Source of the DNA: Clostridiales bacterium
GTDB taxonomy: Bacteria; Bacillota; Clostridia; Saccharofermentanales; Saccharofermentanaceae
Direction of reading: 5' to 3'
Assembly: GCA_017513085.1 (NCBI GenBank)
Contig: JAFWDK010000010.1
Span: forward strand, 224,001-288,000
DNA: 64,000 bases
Shown: piece by piece, positions 28,413 through 38,939 of the stretch
Numbering within the stretch: position 1 is the stretch's first letter
Layout of the letters: each line of letters starts with the position of its first letter
The notes under the pieces: model-generated
Databases searched by the model: none
Seen by the model: the letters and a program-made list of their open reading frames with translations, nothing else
What the model was told of the DNA's origin: nothing
Made by a program: the position numbers and the translations under genes

Positions 28413-29522
28413 ATGCTGGATATTGCTTTATCTCCGATTCGTATCATGGATGCGGATAGAATTAAGGAAAAAGCTATATTGAGTAGAGTCACGGACGACG
28501 TGCCGTCTTTCATCCGCGCATTGCAAAATGATCCGGATAAGATCTTCTTTGTCGCTTCGGTAAAAGCACTTGACGGTGAGTATATTATGGGTGTTCTGGG
28601 TCTTGAGAATATCTCCAGAAGGAACAGAAGTGCCATGGCCGTCATGTTTTTAGCTGATAATCTTCCTTTTCTGGAAGATAGTGGATATACCGACGACCCG
28701 GCTATGGAGTACTATAAAAAAGCTTGGGACCAGCTTCTCCGCTATGCGTTTTTTCATGAACACATTCATCGTGTCAGCGTGGAAGTCCCGGTCAATGATT
28801 CCCGCTCGGCCCGTATCGTGGAAGAATGCCATATGACGCAGGACGCTGTTCTTGAAGAGGCATTGGTCATCGATGGCGTTTACTCAGATGCCGCCTTGTT
28901 TTCGCTTTTGGATTCGGATTATCCGGACTATTCAGTCGGCTTTGTTGCCTATCAACGAGGCGTAATAGCGATTCGGGGAGATAACGAGACCGTAGAATCA
29001 ACACGATTTTATGCCTACAATGCACAGATCGACGATGATTTGGACCGTAATGTGGCGATCCGTACCGGAATTGCCGATGAGCATGGCGTTTTCAAGCCTT
29101 TTGGATCTCCTGAGTATCAGGAGTTAAAGGAGATTGCTTTCCCGGACGAAGTGCAAAAGTGTATCCACGAGCTTTCCGAGTATTTTTCGAAGAGACGGAC
29201 CAGCTTTACCGTACATACTTTTCCACCTTACGGAAGTGCTTTTCAAAAGAAAGTTTGGGACGAGATCAAGAAGATTCCATATGGTGTGACCCGAAGCTAT
29301 GAGGACATAGCTTTGGCTCTTACCGGAAATGATAAGATCGCGGCACGAAACATGACCAGAGCGGTCGGCTCGGCTTGCCGGGATAATCCGCTACCGATCC
29401 TGGTGCCGTGCCACCGCGTAATTGGTAAAGACGGAAAACTTGTCGGTTTTTCCAGTGGCCTTGAATACAAAGGATATCTGTTGGATCACGAAATGTTCGG
29501 TATCCATATTCTGACAGAGTGA
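28413..29522 (+). CDS. ogt: RimJ/RimL-type GNAT domain fused to O6-methylguanine-DNA methyltransferase
   Basis: C-terminal GSAFQKKVW...IPYG.TRSY, RAVGSAC..NP and VPCHRVIG; N-terminal IHRV...V...N..S......C.M..DA.L resembles RimL-type GNATs. Confidence 0.85.
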   Translation: MLDIALSPIRIMDADRIKEKAILSRVTDDVPSFIRALQNDPDKIFFVASVKALDGEYIMGVLGLENISRRNRSAMAVMFLADNLPFLEDSGYTDDPAMEYYKKAWDQLLRYAFFHEHIHRVSVEVPVNDSRSARIVEECHMTQDAVLEEALVIDGVYSDAALFSLLDSDYPDYSVGFVAYQRGVIAIRGDNETVESTRFYAYNAQIDDDLDRNVAIRTGIADEHGVFKPFGSPEYQELKEIAFPDEVQKCIHELSEYFSKRRTSFTVHTFPPYGSAFQKKVWDEIKKIPYGVTRSYEDIALALTGNDKIAARNMTRAVGSACRDNPLPILVPCHRVIGKDGKLVGFSSGLEYKGYLLDHEMFGIHILTE

Positions 29523-29535
29523 AGGATAAGCATCT

Positions 29536-30252
29536 ATGACTAAAATCTCGATTTCTCCATCAACAATTTTAAATCCTGTTCCGGTCGTTATGGTCTCATG
29601 TGCGGGCAAAGACCCGGAAAAAGAAGGCTTTGGACCGAATATCATTACTGTTGCCTGGGCCGGTACCGTCAATTCAGAGCCTCCGATGGTCTCTATATCG
29701 ATAAGGAAATCCCGCCATTCTCACGATTTGATCTGTGAGACTTCTGAGTTTGTCATCAACCTTGTCTCCCAAAAGCTTGTGAAAGCCTGTGATTACTGTG
29801 GTGTGAGAAGTGGTGCCAAAGAGGATAAGTTTGTTTCGATGAATCTTCATCCGGTCCCGATGCCGGGAGTTTCTTATGCGCCGGCTATATCGGAAGCTCC
29901 GGTCTCGATTGCGTGCAAAGTTAAGGATGTTATTGAACTTGGTTCTCATGATATGTTCCTTGCTGAAGTAACAGGTGTTACGGTCGAAGAATCGCTTATG
30001 GACGAAAAAGGTAAGATATGCCTCGAAAAGACCGGCCTTGTGGCTTATTCGCATGGTGAATACTATCTTTTGGGAGAGGTTTTAGGTTTCTTCGGGTATT
30101 CTGTCGCGTCCAAGGATGCGCTGAGACGCAGGATGCCGAAGAAAACTTCCGGAAAAAAGAAGCCTTCCGGAGCCCCCAAAGGTTATAAAAGCTCCTCCAG
30201 GCCGGTTCGCGACTCGAAAAAACCAAATGGCAAAAACAAAGGAAAACACTGA
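29536..30252 (+). CDS. Flavin reductase-like family protein
   Basis: PVPVVMVS, NIITVAW.G, PPMVSIS, EFVINL, CG..SG...DK and LGSHDMF. Confidence 0.9.
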   Translation: MTKISISPSTILNPVPVVMVSCAGKDPEKEGFGPNIITVAWAGTVNSEPPMVSISIRKSRHSHDLICETSEFVINLVSQKLVKACDYCGVRSGAKEDKFVSMNLHPVPMPGVSYAPAISEAPVSIACKVKDVIELGSHDMFLAEVTGVTVEESLMDEKGKICLEKTGLVAYSHGEYYLLGEVLGFFGYSVASKDALRRRMPKKTSGKKKPSGAPKGYKSSSRPVRDSKKPNGKNKGKH

Positions 30253-30327
30253 TTTTTACTTTCGGGAAGAGTAGTAGTATTTTCACAAAAATGTAATGTT
30301 CCAACATTGTTTTGGTTGTGAAATAAG

Positions 30328-30357
30328 TTGACAATCGAAGTAATTTATATATAAAAT
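30328..30357 (+). promoter_or_regulatory. Sigma-A promoter of rny
   Basis: TTGACA-18 bp-TAAAAT. Confidence 0.6.
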
Positions 30358-30406
30358 TATAGGGTGTTCTTACGGAACACTCTATTTGAATCTTGAAAAT
30401 TAAATA

Positions 30407-31996
30407 TTGGAGGTGAGTACCATAGAACTTTGGTTAGCAATTCTTTTAATTGTAATTGCTTTCGTAGTTGGTGCTCTCATCAGTGTGTTTTTTTCCGTAT
30501 TATATTATCGCAAGGGCATGTCGGCTAAGCAGAAGAAGCTTGAAGAAGATATGACTAAAGCTGAAGAAGATGCTGAGAAAGTAATTGGTGAGGCGCAGAA
30601 AACTGCTGAAAGCAGAAAGAGAGAACTTCTTTTACAGGCTAAGGAGGAGATCACCAACGCTAAGTTGGAATTGGAGCGTGATGTACGCGAAAAGAAATCC
30701 GAGATAGCCAGAGAGAGAAACCGTTTGGATCAGAAGGAGGAATCCCTCAATCGTAAGATCGAAGCCATGGAACAGAAAGAAGAGGCTTTGGATTCACGGG
30801 TGAGCGACGTTATGGCCATGGAGGAAAAGGCCAAGGAACTCGAACACCAGAAAGTGATTGAGTTGGAAAAGGTATCCGGTTTGTCCGTTAGTGATGCCAG
30901 AAATCTTGTTTTGGATGCTGCGAAGCAGGAATATAGCCATGATATGGCGGTAATGCTTAAGCAGATGGAGGAGCAGACGAAGGCTGAAGCGGATAAGCGA
31001 GCACGTGAAGTGGTAGTAAATGCTATTCAGCGTTATGCTTCGGACTATGTTTCCGAGGTGACCGTATCGGTGGTGTCCCTGCCGAATGATGAGATGAAGG
31101 GACGTATTATCGGCCGAGAGGGAAGAAATATTCGTGCAATTGAGACAAGCACAGGAGTAGACATTATTATTGATGATACTCCAGAGGCCGTTATCCTATC
31201 GAGTTTTGACCCGATTCGACGTGAGATTGCGCGTCTTACGATCGAGAGATTGATTTTGGATGGTCGTATCCATCCTGCCAGAATCGAAGAAATGTGTAAT
31301 AAAGCCCGTAAGGAAGTCAACCAGACGATCAAACAAGAAGGTGAGAGAGCCGCGTTTGATACTGGAATTGTCGGGTTGAATCCTGAGATCATTAAGTATC
31401 TTGGACGTTTGCGTTATCGTACGAGTTATGGGCAGAATGTGTTGCAACATTCAATTGAAGTCGCCTGGCTGGCAAGCATGATGGCGGCGGAATTAGGTCT
31501 GGATGAAATGCTTGCTCGTAGAGCAGGTCTTTTACATGATATCGGAAAAGCTGCAGACTTTGAACTTGAGGGTTCTCATATAGAACTTGGTGCAGATATC
31601 GCACGCCGTTATAAAGAAAATGACACGGTGGTCAATGCGATCCAGTCGCACCATGGTGACGTCGAACCGACATCTGAAATCTCGGTGCTGGTTGCTGCTG
31701 CAGATGCTATTTCTGCCGCGAGACCGGGTGCACGTCGTGAAAATATGGAAACGTATGTTAAGAGAATCCAAAAACTTGAAGAGATCGCTACAAGTTTCGA
31801 TGGTGTCGAGAAAGCTTTCGCAATCCAGGCGGGTCGTGAGATCCGCGTAATGGTTAGCCCTGAAAAGGTTTCGGATGACGATATGATCCTTAAGGCTCGT
31901 GACATCTGCAAGAAGATCGAAGAAGAGCTGGATTATCCGGGACAGATCAAGGTCAACATTATTCGAGAGACCCGTGCTTCGGATGTAGCAAAGTAA
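30407..31996 (+). CDS. rny: Ribonuclease Y
   Basis: N-terminal TM, coiled coil, KH motif ([14 protein letters not shown]) and HD motif (LLHDIGK); the true start may be ATA at 30422. Confidence 0.98.
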   Translation: MEVSTIELWLAILLIVIAFVVGALISVFFSVLYYRKGMSAKQKKLEEDMTKAEEDAEKVIGEAQKTAESRKRELLLQAKEEITNAKLELERDVREKKSEIARERNRLDQKEESLNRKIEAMEQKEEALDSRVSDVMAMEEKAKELEHQKVIELEKVSGLSVSDARNLVLDAAKQEYSHDMAVMLKQMEEQTKAEADKRAREVVVNAIQRYASDYVSEVTVSVVSLPNDEMKGRIIGREGRNIRAIETSTGVDIIIDDTPEAVILSSFDPIRREIARLTIERLILDGRIHPARIEEMCNKARKEVNQTIKQEGERAAFDTGIVGLNPEIIKYLGRLRYRTSYGQNVLQHSIEVAWLASMMAAELGLDEMLARRAGLLHDIGKAADFELEGSHIELGADIARRYKENDTVVNAIQSHHGDVEPTSEISVLVAAADAISAARPGARRENMETYVKRIQKLEEIATSFDGVEKAFAIQAGREIRVMVSPEKVSDDDMILKARDICKKIEEELDYPGQIKVNIIRETRASDVAK

Positions 31997-32004
31997 TGAA
32001 GTTC

Positions 32005-32041
32005 AAAGAGGACTGTTTCTTAGGAAACAGTCCTTTTTCTT
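32005..32041 (+). terminator. Terminator after rny
   Basis: aggactgtttc-ttag-gaaacagtcct followed by a T-tract. Confidence 0.85.
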
Positions 32042-32138
32042 TGCTTAGTCTTAAATATATATTTTATATAAATATAAGGAAGTTTCGCCGTTTTGTGGTA
32101 GAATACATATCAGATTTTGCAGAATTGAGGAATAAAGA

Positions 32139-32927
32139 TTGAGAGTACTCTTTGTCGGAGATGTTGTGGCCCATCCGGGAAAACGCATGCTCAAGAATAA
32201 ACTTAAGACGTTTTTATCCGAGAACGCGGTCGACGCTTGTGTTGTAAACGCAGAGAATGTTGCGGCCGGTCTTGGGATCAATTACAGTTCAGCCAAGGAT
32301 CTTTTCTCTTTTGGCGCTGACTGTATCACACTTGGCAATCACTCTTTTTCGTGTGCGGATTATCTTCGCTTTGCTGACGCAGAGATGAAGATCGTCCGTC
32401 CGGCAAATGTCAGTGAGGAATGGCCCGGTTTTGATGAATACTGTATCGATCTGAAAGAAAAGGGGCGGCTTCTTGTTATAAGCATGATGGGGCAGGTTTT
32501 CATTACGCCTGTTGCCGATTCCCCTTTCAGATATTTTGAAAAGAACATCGATAGATGGAAAAAACAGTATTCCCCAACGAATATACTTATTGATTTTCAT
32601 GCCGAAACGACCAGTGAAAAACTGGCTTTCGGACAGTTTGTCGATGGTAAGGTTTCTATGGTTCTCGGAACGCATACACATGTCGCCACTGCGGATGAGA
32701 AGATCCTTCCGTGCGGAACCGGATACATTACGGATGTTGGAATGACGGGAACGACAAGCGGAATCATCGGTATGACGCTGGATGCATCTTTGCGGAGAAT
32801 GAAAGACAAACTTCCGTCTAAATACGTGGCTGCGGATGGCCCTGCTGAAATGAATGCTATCCTGGCTGACTTGGATATATCGAACGGAAAATGTGTAAAA
32901 ATTGAGAGGATAAGGATCTATGAATGA
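32139..32927 (+). CDS. ymdB: YmdB-family metallophosphoesterase
   Basis: GDVV, VNAEN, TLGNH, RPAN, DFHAETTSEK, GTHTHV and YITDVGMTG; follows rny. Confidence 0.93.
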   Translation: MRVLFVGDVVAHPGKRMLKNKLKTFLSENAVDACVVNAENVAAGLGINYSSAKDLFSFGADCITLGNHSFSCADYLRFADAEMKIVRPANVSEEWPGFDEYCIDLKEKGRLLVISMMGQVFITPVADSPFRYFEKNIDRWKKQYSPTNILIDFHAETTSEKLAFGQFVDGKVSMVLGTHTHVATADEKILPCGTGYITDVGMTGTTSGIIGMTLDASLRRMKDKLPSKYVAADGPAEMNAILADLDISNGKCVKIERIRIYE

Positions 32928-33477
32928 ATATAACACGCGTAAAGTAACATGGATCACGTACACTCTGTACGTGGAATTGTTTATTGTGCTTGCAGGTATC
33001 GATCAGTTTACCAAAAGTCTTATCACCAAGTCTTTTGCTGTTGCTCAGATCAAACCTGTTATCAACAACTTTTTTTCGCTGATGTATGTACGTAATAAGG
33101 GAAGTGCTTTTAGCCTTTTTGCCAATCAGAAGTGGGGCGTTACCGTATTGTCTGTTATTTCCTCGATTGCCTTTGTCATTATTCTGGCTATTGCTTTCTT
33201 TGTTTTGGCGAAATTTAAGAGCAGACGTCTTTGTTTATGCCTGATCTTTCTGGCGGCAGGAACTCTTGGTAATCTTATCGATCGCATACGTCTGCATTAT
33301 GTTGTGGATTTTCTAAGATTTGATTTCGGTAGTTATACTTTCCCGATTTTTAATGTGGCGGATATTTATGTGACACTTTCGTGCATAGTCCTTGCCATCC
33401 TTTTATTTTTCAGTGATAAGTTTATTCCCGAGATTCCGTTCGGGGATAAGAAGAAGGACGAGGAAGACGATGATTGA
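32920..33477 (+). CDS. lspA: Lipoprotein signal peptidase II
   Basis: DQ.TK, N.G.AFS, GNLIDR, VVDF and FPIFNVAD. Confidence 0.95.
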   Translation: MNEYNTRKVTWITYTLYVELFIVLAGIDQFTKSLITKSFAVAQIKPVINNFFSLMYVRNKGSAFSLFANQKWGVTVLSVISSIAFVIILAIAFFVLAKFKSRRLCLCLIFLAAGTLGNLIDRIRLHYVVDFLRFDFGSYTFPIFNVADIYVTLSCIVLAILLFFSDKFIPEIPFGDKKKDEEDDD

Positions 33478-34378
33478 GACTTTTCGCGTTGAGAACTTCG
33501 AGGGACGGATCGATGCATATATTCCTAAAGCCTGTTCCGATCTGTCTCGGTCGCGTGCCGCGCAGCTGATTGCGGACGGTGCCATTCTTGTTAACGGCAA
33601 GCCGGTAAAGGCTTCTTTTAAGGTGTTTGGAGGAGAAGAACTCTCGATCGATTTCCCGGAACCGGTTGATACGGATGCCAAACCGGAGAATATCCCTTTG
33701 GATATCGTTTATGAGGATAAGGACCTCTTGATCATCAATAAGCCGCAAGGCATGGTGGTACACCCGGCACCGGGGCATTATTCCGGTACTTTGGTCAATG
33801 CCCTTCTTTATCATTGTCAGGGTGAATTATCTGATATTAACGGCGTTATCCGACCCGGTATCGTTCACCGTATTGATATGGATACTTCCGGATTGATGGT
33901 CGCTGTGAAGAATAATGAGACGCATATGGCGATGGCACAAATGATTGCTAATCACGAGGTGGTGCGTGAATACCGGGCGTGTGTGTACGGGATCGTGGAT
34001 TCCGACAAGGGAACGATCCATGCTCCGATTGGCCGTGCGCTGAATGACAGAAGAAAAATGACGGTCTGTGAGGGAGGAAAAGATTCCATCACGCATTTTG
34101 AAGTGTTGGAGCGTTTCCGTAAGGGAACTGATCTGTTATGCCGCCTGGAGACGGGAAGAACGCATCAGATTCGTGCTCATATGACTTATATCGGACATCC
34201 TTGTATCGGTGATCCTCTTTATGCACCGAAACGAGAGCGTTATAATTTAGTCGGACAGGCCTTGCACAGTACTTCCATCCGATTTGTCCATCCTAGAACG
34301 GAAGAAGTGATCTCTTACACGGTCGATATACCCGACCATTATAAGAAACTGCTGGAAATTCTTAGAAATGACTGTTAA
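33470..34378 (+). CDS. rluD: RluA/RluD-family pseudouridine synthase
   Basis: S4 domain, NKP.GMVVHPA, GIVHRIDMDTSG, LETGRTHQIR and GDPLY. Confidence 0.93.
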   Translation: MIETFRVENFEGRIDAYIPKACSDLSRSRAAQLIADGAILVNGKPVKASFKVFGGEELSIDFPEPVDTDAKPENIPLDIVYEDKDLLIINKPQGMVVHPAPGHYSGTLVNALLYHCQGELSDINGVIRPGIVHRIDMDTSGLMVAVKNNETHMAMAQMIANHEVVREYRACVYGIVDSDKGTIHAPIGRALNDRRKMTVCEGGKDSITHFEVLERFRKGTDLLCRLETGRTHQIRAHMTYIGHPCIGDPLYAPKRERYNLVGQALHSTSIRFVHPRTEEVISYTVDIPDHYKKLLEILRNDC

Positions 34379-34389
34379 GGAGAAGGGTT

Positions 34390-35337
34390 TTGAAAGAAGA
34401 AATATTCGTTGATGTCAAACATCTAAGTGAGCTCAGTGCCAATAACGGAGGCTGGCTTTCTATTGTTTCCGAAATCTTTTCGTGCCGACTTGTTCCTTGT
34501 GACGCCGGTATTTCAGCGGATGGAGATGTTCGTGATCTGGACCATGTTTCCAGTCTGATTTCTTCTGTCGACAGTCTTCTTGATAAAGAAGAACAGCTCG
34601 ATGAGTCTACGATCCGTTACCTTTGTTTTCTCGAGAAAGAGAATAAACTGACAGAGTTTATGGAAGAAGAATCTCCGGTGCTTTTTACAACGCCTTCCGG
34701 TCGCACGATCCGCGCCAAAACACTGGGGCAACGCGTATATGTAGATGCTTTAGCCAACAATGAAGTCGTGATCTGTAAAGGACCGGCCGGTTCCGGTAAG
34801 ACATTTCTCGGCGTAGCGATGGCTGTTCTGGCTTTGCGCAACCGTTCGGTGTCCAGGATCATCCTTACACGTCCTGCAGTGGAAGCCGGAGAGAAACTCG
34901 GCTATCTTCCCGGTGATATTGAAGAAAAGGTCGACCCTTATATGCGGCCTATCTATGATGCGCTTCTGGAACTTATGGGAAGAGAGATGTTTGAGAGAAA
35001 TATCGACAGAGGAATCATTGAAGTGTCGCCGCTTGCTTATATGCGCGGCCGCAATCTGGACGATTCGTTTATCCTTTTGGACGAAGCTCAGAATACTACG
35101 ATCGAGCAGATGATGATGTTCCTTACCAGAATGGGTATGAATTCCCGAGTGTGTGTATGCGGAGATACGACTCAGATCGACTTGCCTTTCGGCTATAAGA
35201 ATGGTCTTGATGATGCGATGCAGATTCTGAAAGATATCAAGGGAATCACGACCGTATCTTTGCAAGAGGCTGATATTGTTCGAAATCCTTTGGTTCAGAA
35301 GATCATTATGGCTTATAATGCTAGAGAAAGGAAGTGA
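34390..35337 (+). CDS. phoH: PhoH family ATPase
   Basis: GPAGSGKT, LTRPAVEAGEKLGYLPG, AYMRGR, LDEAQN and GD..QIDLP. Confidence 0.93.
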   Translation: MKEEIFVDVKHLSELSANNGGWLSIVSEIFSCRLVPCDAGISADGDVRDLDHVSSLISSVDSLLDKEEQLDESTIRYLCFLEKENKLTEFMEEESPVLFTTPSGRTIRAKTLGQRVYVDALANNEVVICKGPAGSGKTFLGVAMAVLALRNRSVSRIILTRPAVEAGEKLGYLPGDIEEKVDPYMRPIYDALLELMGREMFERNIDRGIIEVSPLAYMRGRNLDDSFILLDEAQNTTIEQMMMFLTRMGMNSRVCVCGDTTQIDLPFGYKNGLDDAMQILKDIKGITTVSLQEADIVRNPLVQKIIMAYNARERK

Positions 35338-35346
35338 AGAGGTCGG

Positions 35347-37440
35347 GTGAAAAACAATAAGAAAAACCAGAAGCTTTTTAAAGTGCTACGTTATTCTTCG
35401 ATGCCGATCCTTGCGGTTTTGGTCATCGCTATTGTTTATCTTGGCTCGCTTCCGAAGAAATATAATGTTTCCTCGGGTTCCATCAGTGAATACGATATTA
35501 CTGCCTCGCGTTCTGCGACAGATACATACGAGACACAGAAACGTGCACTTATGGCTAAAGCCCAGGTCGTTCCGATCTATGTGATCTCGGATGAAGTGTC
35601 CGAGACAAATAAGAAGACGGTATCCGGTTTTTTCAATTATTGTGAAGAGCTCCGCAATAACAATGTCGACACACTTGGGACAGTTCTAAGAAATAAGCAA
35701 GAGATGGCGGAGCTTTTAAAGACGGCATTGAAGGAATCTTACAATTTGGAATTGTCCAGTTCTGTTTCGTATACATTGGCGAATATATCTTTCGTTGAAT
35801 TCAATCACGTGAAGAATGCTGCAAATGCGATTACGGAAATGCTCTCGATGAATTCGCTGGATACACAGACTCTTCCGATCGAAATCAACAACGCGGTTTC
35901 AGAATTCACGGATTTCAGCGCGAATCCGAATGCAAATTCGAATTATGTGACCAATTCTGAACTTTTGCGAGTTCTTCTGAATTCACTTTTGAAACCCAAT
36001 GCTACTTATGATGCGAAGGGGACGGAAGCGGCCAAAGAGGCTGCTTATGCCAATGCTCTCAGCGAGCCGGCGATGATCCAGAAGGGAACGAGAGTCGTGA
36101 GCGTGGGAGAAACGATTACTCCGAAGATCTATAGTCAGCTCAAGGATCTTGATTTGCTTTCCGGTTCCCGCTTTGACTTTAAGCTCCTTATCGGAATCAT
36201 CGTTTACGTATTCATCATTTTCTTTGCCGGCGCTTTTTATCTTTTGCGGCATGAGAAGGATTACATGGTCGATTCGAAAATGGGTATTTCATTGATCCTC
36301 GCCTTCGTTGTTCCGGTTGTTTCCGGCATATATCTGTCGAATATTCATCCGCTTTTTTCGGCAATCGTGTTTACCAGCGTCATTTTTGCGACGTATCTCG
36401 GCATTCAGGGAGGAATTACTTTAACTTCTTTGGCTTTGCTTTTTATCCTTCCGATGAGTGGATTTAATACTGAACTGGTATTTGTTTCTTTGATCGGGAT
36501 CTTTATCAGCTGTGTGATTGCCGGACAGCGCAATCATCGTTACAACTCGGCTATCCTGATCATTCTGACATGCCTCGGTTCTGTTTTTGCCTCGTTTGCC
36601 TACAATCTGGTTACCCAGGCATCCCGTACCGATACTTTTAATTCCATGTTGTGGAGTGCCGTCGGTTCCGGCTGTTCGGTGATTGCTGCAATCGGTTGCC
36701 AGCCTTTGTTCGAACTCATTTCCAACACCGCTTCACCGATGCGACTCCTCGATCTTGCCCAACAGAGCCATCCTTTGCTGAAAAGATTGTTCCTTGAAGC
36801 TCCGGGTACCTATCAGCACAGTATCATGGTAGCCAATCTTGCGGACTCCGCGGCGGAAGCGATCGGCGCGAATTCGCTTTTGGCTAAAGTAGGTTCATAT
36901 TATCATGACATCGGAAAACTGGAGTGTCCGGAGTACTTTACCGAAAATCAGCAGGATGGTGTTAATCCGCACGATTCTCTGCCGGTCGAAAAGAGTATCC
37001 AGATCATCACTGCACATCCTTCCGATGGATTGAAACTGGCCAAGAAAGCGTATCTGCCTATACCGATCCAGAGTATTATTCTGGAGCATCATGGTACTAC
37101 ATGTCCGGGTTATTTCTATCAGAAAGCGAAAAAGGCTGCGGAAGAGAAGGGTGAGCCGTTGCCGAATAAAGCTGATTTCTGTTATAAAGGCACTGTTCCT
37201 TCTACAAAAGAATCAGCTATCATCATGATTGCTGACTCTTGCGAAGCCGCTATCCGCTCAAAAGGTATCCGTGATCTTGAAGAGACAGAGGCGCTTTGCA
37301 GAAAAATCATTAAGTCGAAAATTGAAGAAGACCAGCTTGTGAAGTCCGATCTTTCATTCCGTGATCTGGAATTGATCATAAGTGCTTTTATACAGGTATA
37401 TGCGGGCTTCTTCCATGAAAGGGTGAAGTATCCTGAATGA
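35347..37440 (+). CDS. pgpH: 7TM-HD phosphohydrolase (PgpH-like, probable c-di-AMP phosphodiesterase)
   Basis: Extracellular domain, about 7 TM segments, EAPGTYQHS, YHDIGK, EHHGT and ADSCEAA. Confidence 0.88.
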   Translation: MKNNKKNQKLFKVLRYSSMPILAVLVIAIVYLGSLPKKYNVSSGSISEYDITASRSATDTYETQKRALMAKAQVVPIYVISDEVSETNKKTVSGFFNYCEELRNNNVDTLGTVLRNKQEMAELLKTALKESYNLELSSSVSYTLANISFVEFNHVKNAANAITEMLSMNSLDTQTLPIEINNAVSEFTDFSANPNANSNYVTNSELLRVLLNSLLKPNATYDAKGTEAAKEAAYANALSEPAMIQKGTRVVSVGETITPKIYSQLKDLDLLSGSRFDFKLLIGIIVYVFIIFFAGAFYLLRHEKDYMVDSKMGISLILAFVVPVVSGIYLSNIHPLFSAIVFTSVIFATYLGIQGGITLTSLALLFILPMSGFNTELVFVSLIGIFISCVIAGQRNHRYNSAILIILTCLGSVFASFAYNLVTQASRTDTFNSMLWSAVGSGCSVIAAIGCQPLFELISNTASPMRLLDLAQQSHPLLKRLFLEAPGTYQHSIMVANLADSAAEAIGANSLLAKVGSYYHDIGKLECPEYFTENQQDGVNPHDSLPVEKSIQIITAHPSDGLKLAKKAYLPIPIQSIILEHHGTTCPGYFYQKAKKAAEEKGEPLPNKADFCYKGTVPSTKESAIIMIADSCEAAIRSKGIRDLEETEALCRKIIKSKIEEDQLVKSDLSFRDLELIISAFIQVYAGFFHERVKYPE

Positions 37441-38936
37441 GTATACAGATTTATAATCAGACACGTTCTTATTCTAAAGACGAGGAGAAAGTTTTTTCTT
37501 CTGACGTTGCCAATGCACTATCCACGCTGCTTTCGTCTTCCTATATCGATGCGCGGATCCACGATGCATCTTTCGAAGTCGGAGTCGATATCCGTTTGGT
37601 CGGGACTGCGACGATCCGTAAGCTGAATGCAGAACATCGCGGACTGGATAAGGTCACGGATGTGCTGTCTTTCCCGGTCTTGGATATGGTCGATGGCATG
37701 CTTTCTTCTGATCTGATGCCGTACGATTTTTCAGTTTCCGACGGGAAGAAGACGTTGATCCTGGGAGATGTTGTTATCTGTCCGGAGCGTGCCAGAAAAC
37801 AGGCGGAAGAATATGGACATTCACTCGAACGTGAGATGGTTTTCCTCGCGGTGCACTCATTTCTGCACCTTTTAGGTTTTGATCATGAGCATGGACGTGA
37901 TGAAGGTAAGATGTTCTCGATTCAGGAAGAAATACTGGTGAAGATCGGTCTCCCAAGAGATAACGGTTCGGAGATTTCGACTTCGGAAGATCTTCATCCG
38001 GTCGGAGAGATCCTTCCACATTGCGGATATTGCGCGTTGATCGGTAGACCGAATGTCGGAAAATCAACCTTACTGAATGCGATTTCCGGCATGAAACTCG
38101 CGATAGTTTCACATAAACCACAAACTACAAGAACAAACATCTCCGCGATCTATAACAGGGAAGATGCACAAGTAATCTTTGTGGATACGCCCGGTATCCA
38201 TCGCCCGGAGTCGAAGCTTTCCGAATTCATGGTGGATTCTTCCTTCCGTGCGGCAAAGGGCGCTGATGTGGTGGTTCTACTGGTGGACGGACGTTTCAAC
38301 AAGCCGGCAAATGTCGAGAAGAAGGCGGTTGAGACGGCCAAAAAGCTGAAGAAACCTCTGATTCTGGTCGTTAATAAAGCTGATGCCGTGTCCAAAGAGT
38401 CATTGCTTCCGCTTATCGCGAATTATTCACAAATGGCTGATTTTGAAGAGATCATCCCGATTTCTGCACTGAAAGAAGATGGCATCGAAGAATTGATGAA
38501 TGTGATCATCAGTAAACTTCCTTCGCAACCGAGATATTTTCCGATGGAAGAAGTGACGGACCAGTCTGAACGAGAGATTTCAGCGGAACTGATCCGCGAA
38601 CAGATCCTTCATTTTACGAACGAAGAGATCCCGCACGGAACAGCGGTCGAGATCGATTCTTTTGAAGAAGAACTTAAAGAAGATGCAGTGGATAGTTATG
38701 ACCGTTCGCTCATCAAGATCCATGCTTCCATAATCTGTGAGAAGGACTCGCACAAGAGTATTCTTCTGGGCAAAAACGGTCAGATGATCAAGCGTATCGG
38801 TACTGCAGCCCGCCAGAATATCGAAAAAATGACAGATTGTAAGGTGTTCCTGGATCTGTACGTTAAAGTTCGAAAGGATTGGAAAAACAAACAGGTTTTC
38901 CTCAACGAATTCGGTTATACCAAAAAGGATGATTGA
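37437..38936 (+). CDS. ybeY-era: YbeY endoribonuclease-Era GTPase fusion
   Basis: TDVLSFP, LGD and HSFLHLLGFDH (YbeY), followed in frame by GRPNVGKS, QTTR, DTPG, NKAD and the KH-domain G..IKRIG (Era). Confidence 0.93.
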   Translation: MSIQIYNQTRSYSKDEEKVFSSDVANALSTLLSSSYIDARIHDASFEVGVDIRLVGTATIRKLNAEHRGLDKVTDVLSFPVLDMVDGMLSSDLMPYDFSVSDGKKTLILGDVVICPERARKQAEEYGHSLEREMVFLAVHSFLHLLGFDHEHGRDEGKMFSIQEEILVKIGLPRDNGSEISTSEDLHPVGEILPHCGYCALIGRPNVGKSTLLNAISGMKLAIVSHKPQTTRTNISAIYNREDAQVIFVDTPGIHRPESKLSEFMVDSSFRAAKGADVVVLLVDGRFNKPANVEKKAVETAKKLKKPLILVVNKADAVSKESLLPLIANYSQMADFEEIIPISALKEDGIEELMNVIISKLPSQPRYFPMEEVTDQSEREISAELIREQILHFTNEEIPHGTAVEIDSFEEELKEDAVDSYDRSLIKIHASIICEKDSHKSILLGKNGQMIKRIGTAARQNIEKMTDCKVFLDLYVKVRKDWKNKQVFLNEFGYTKKDD

Positions 38937-38939
38937 TCT

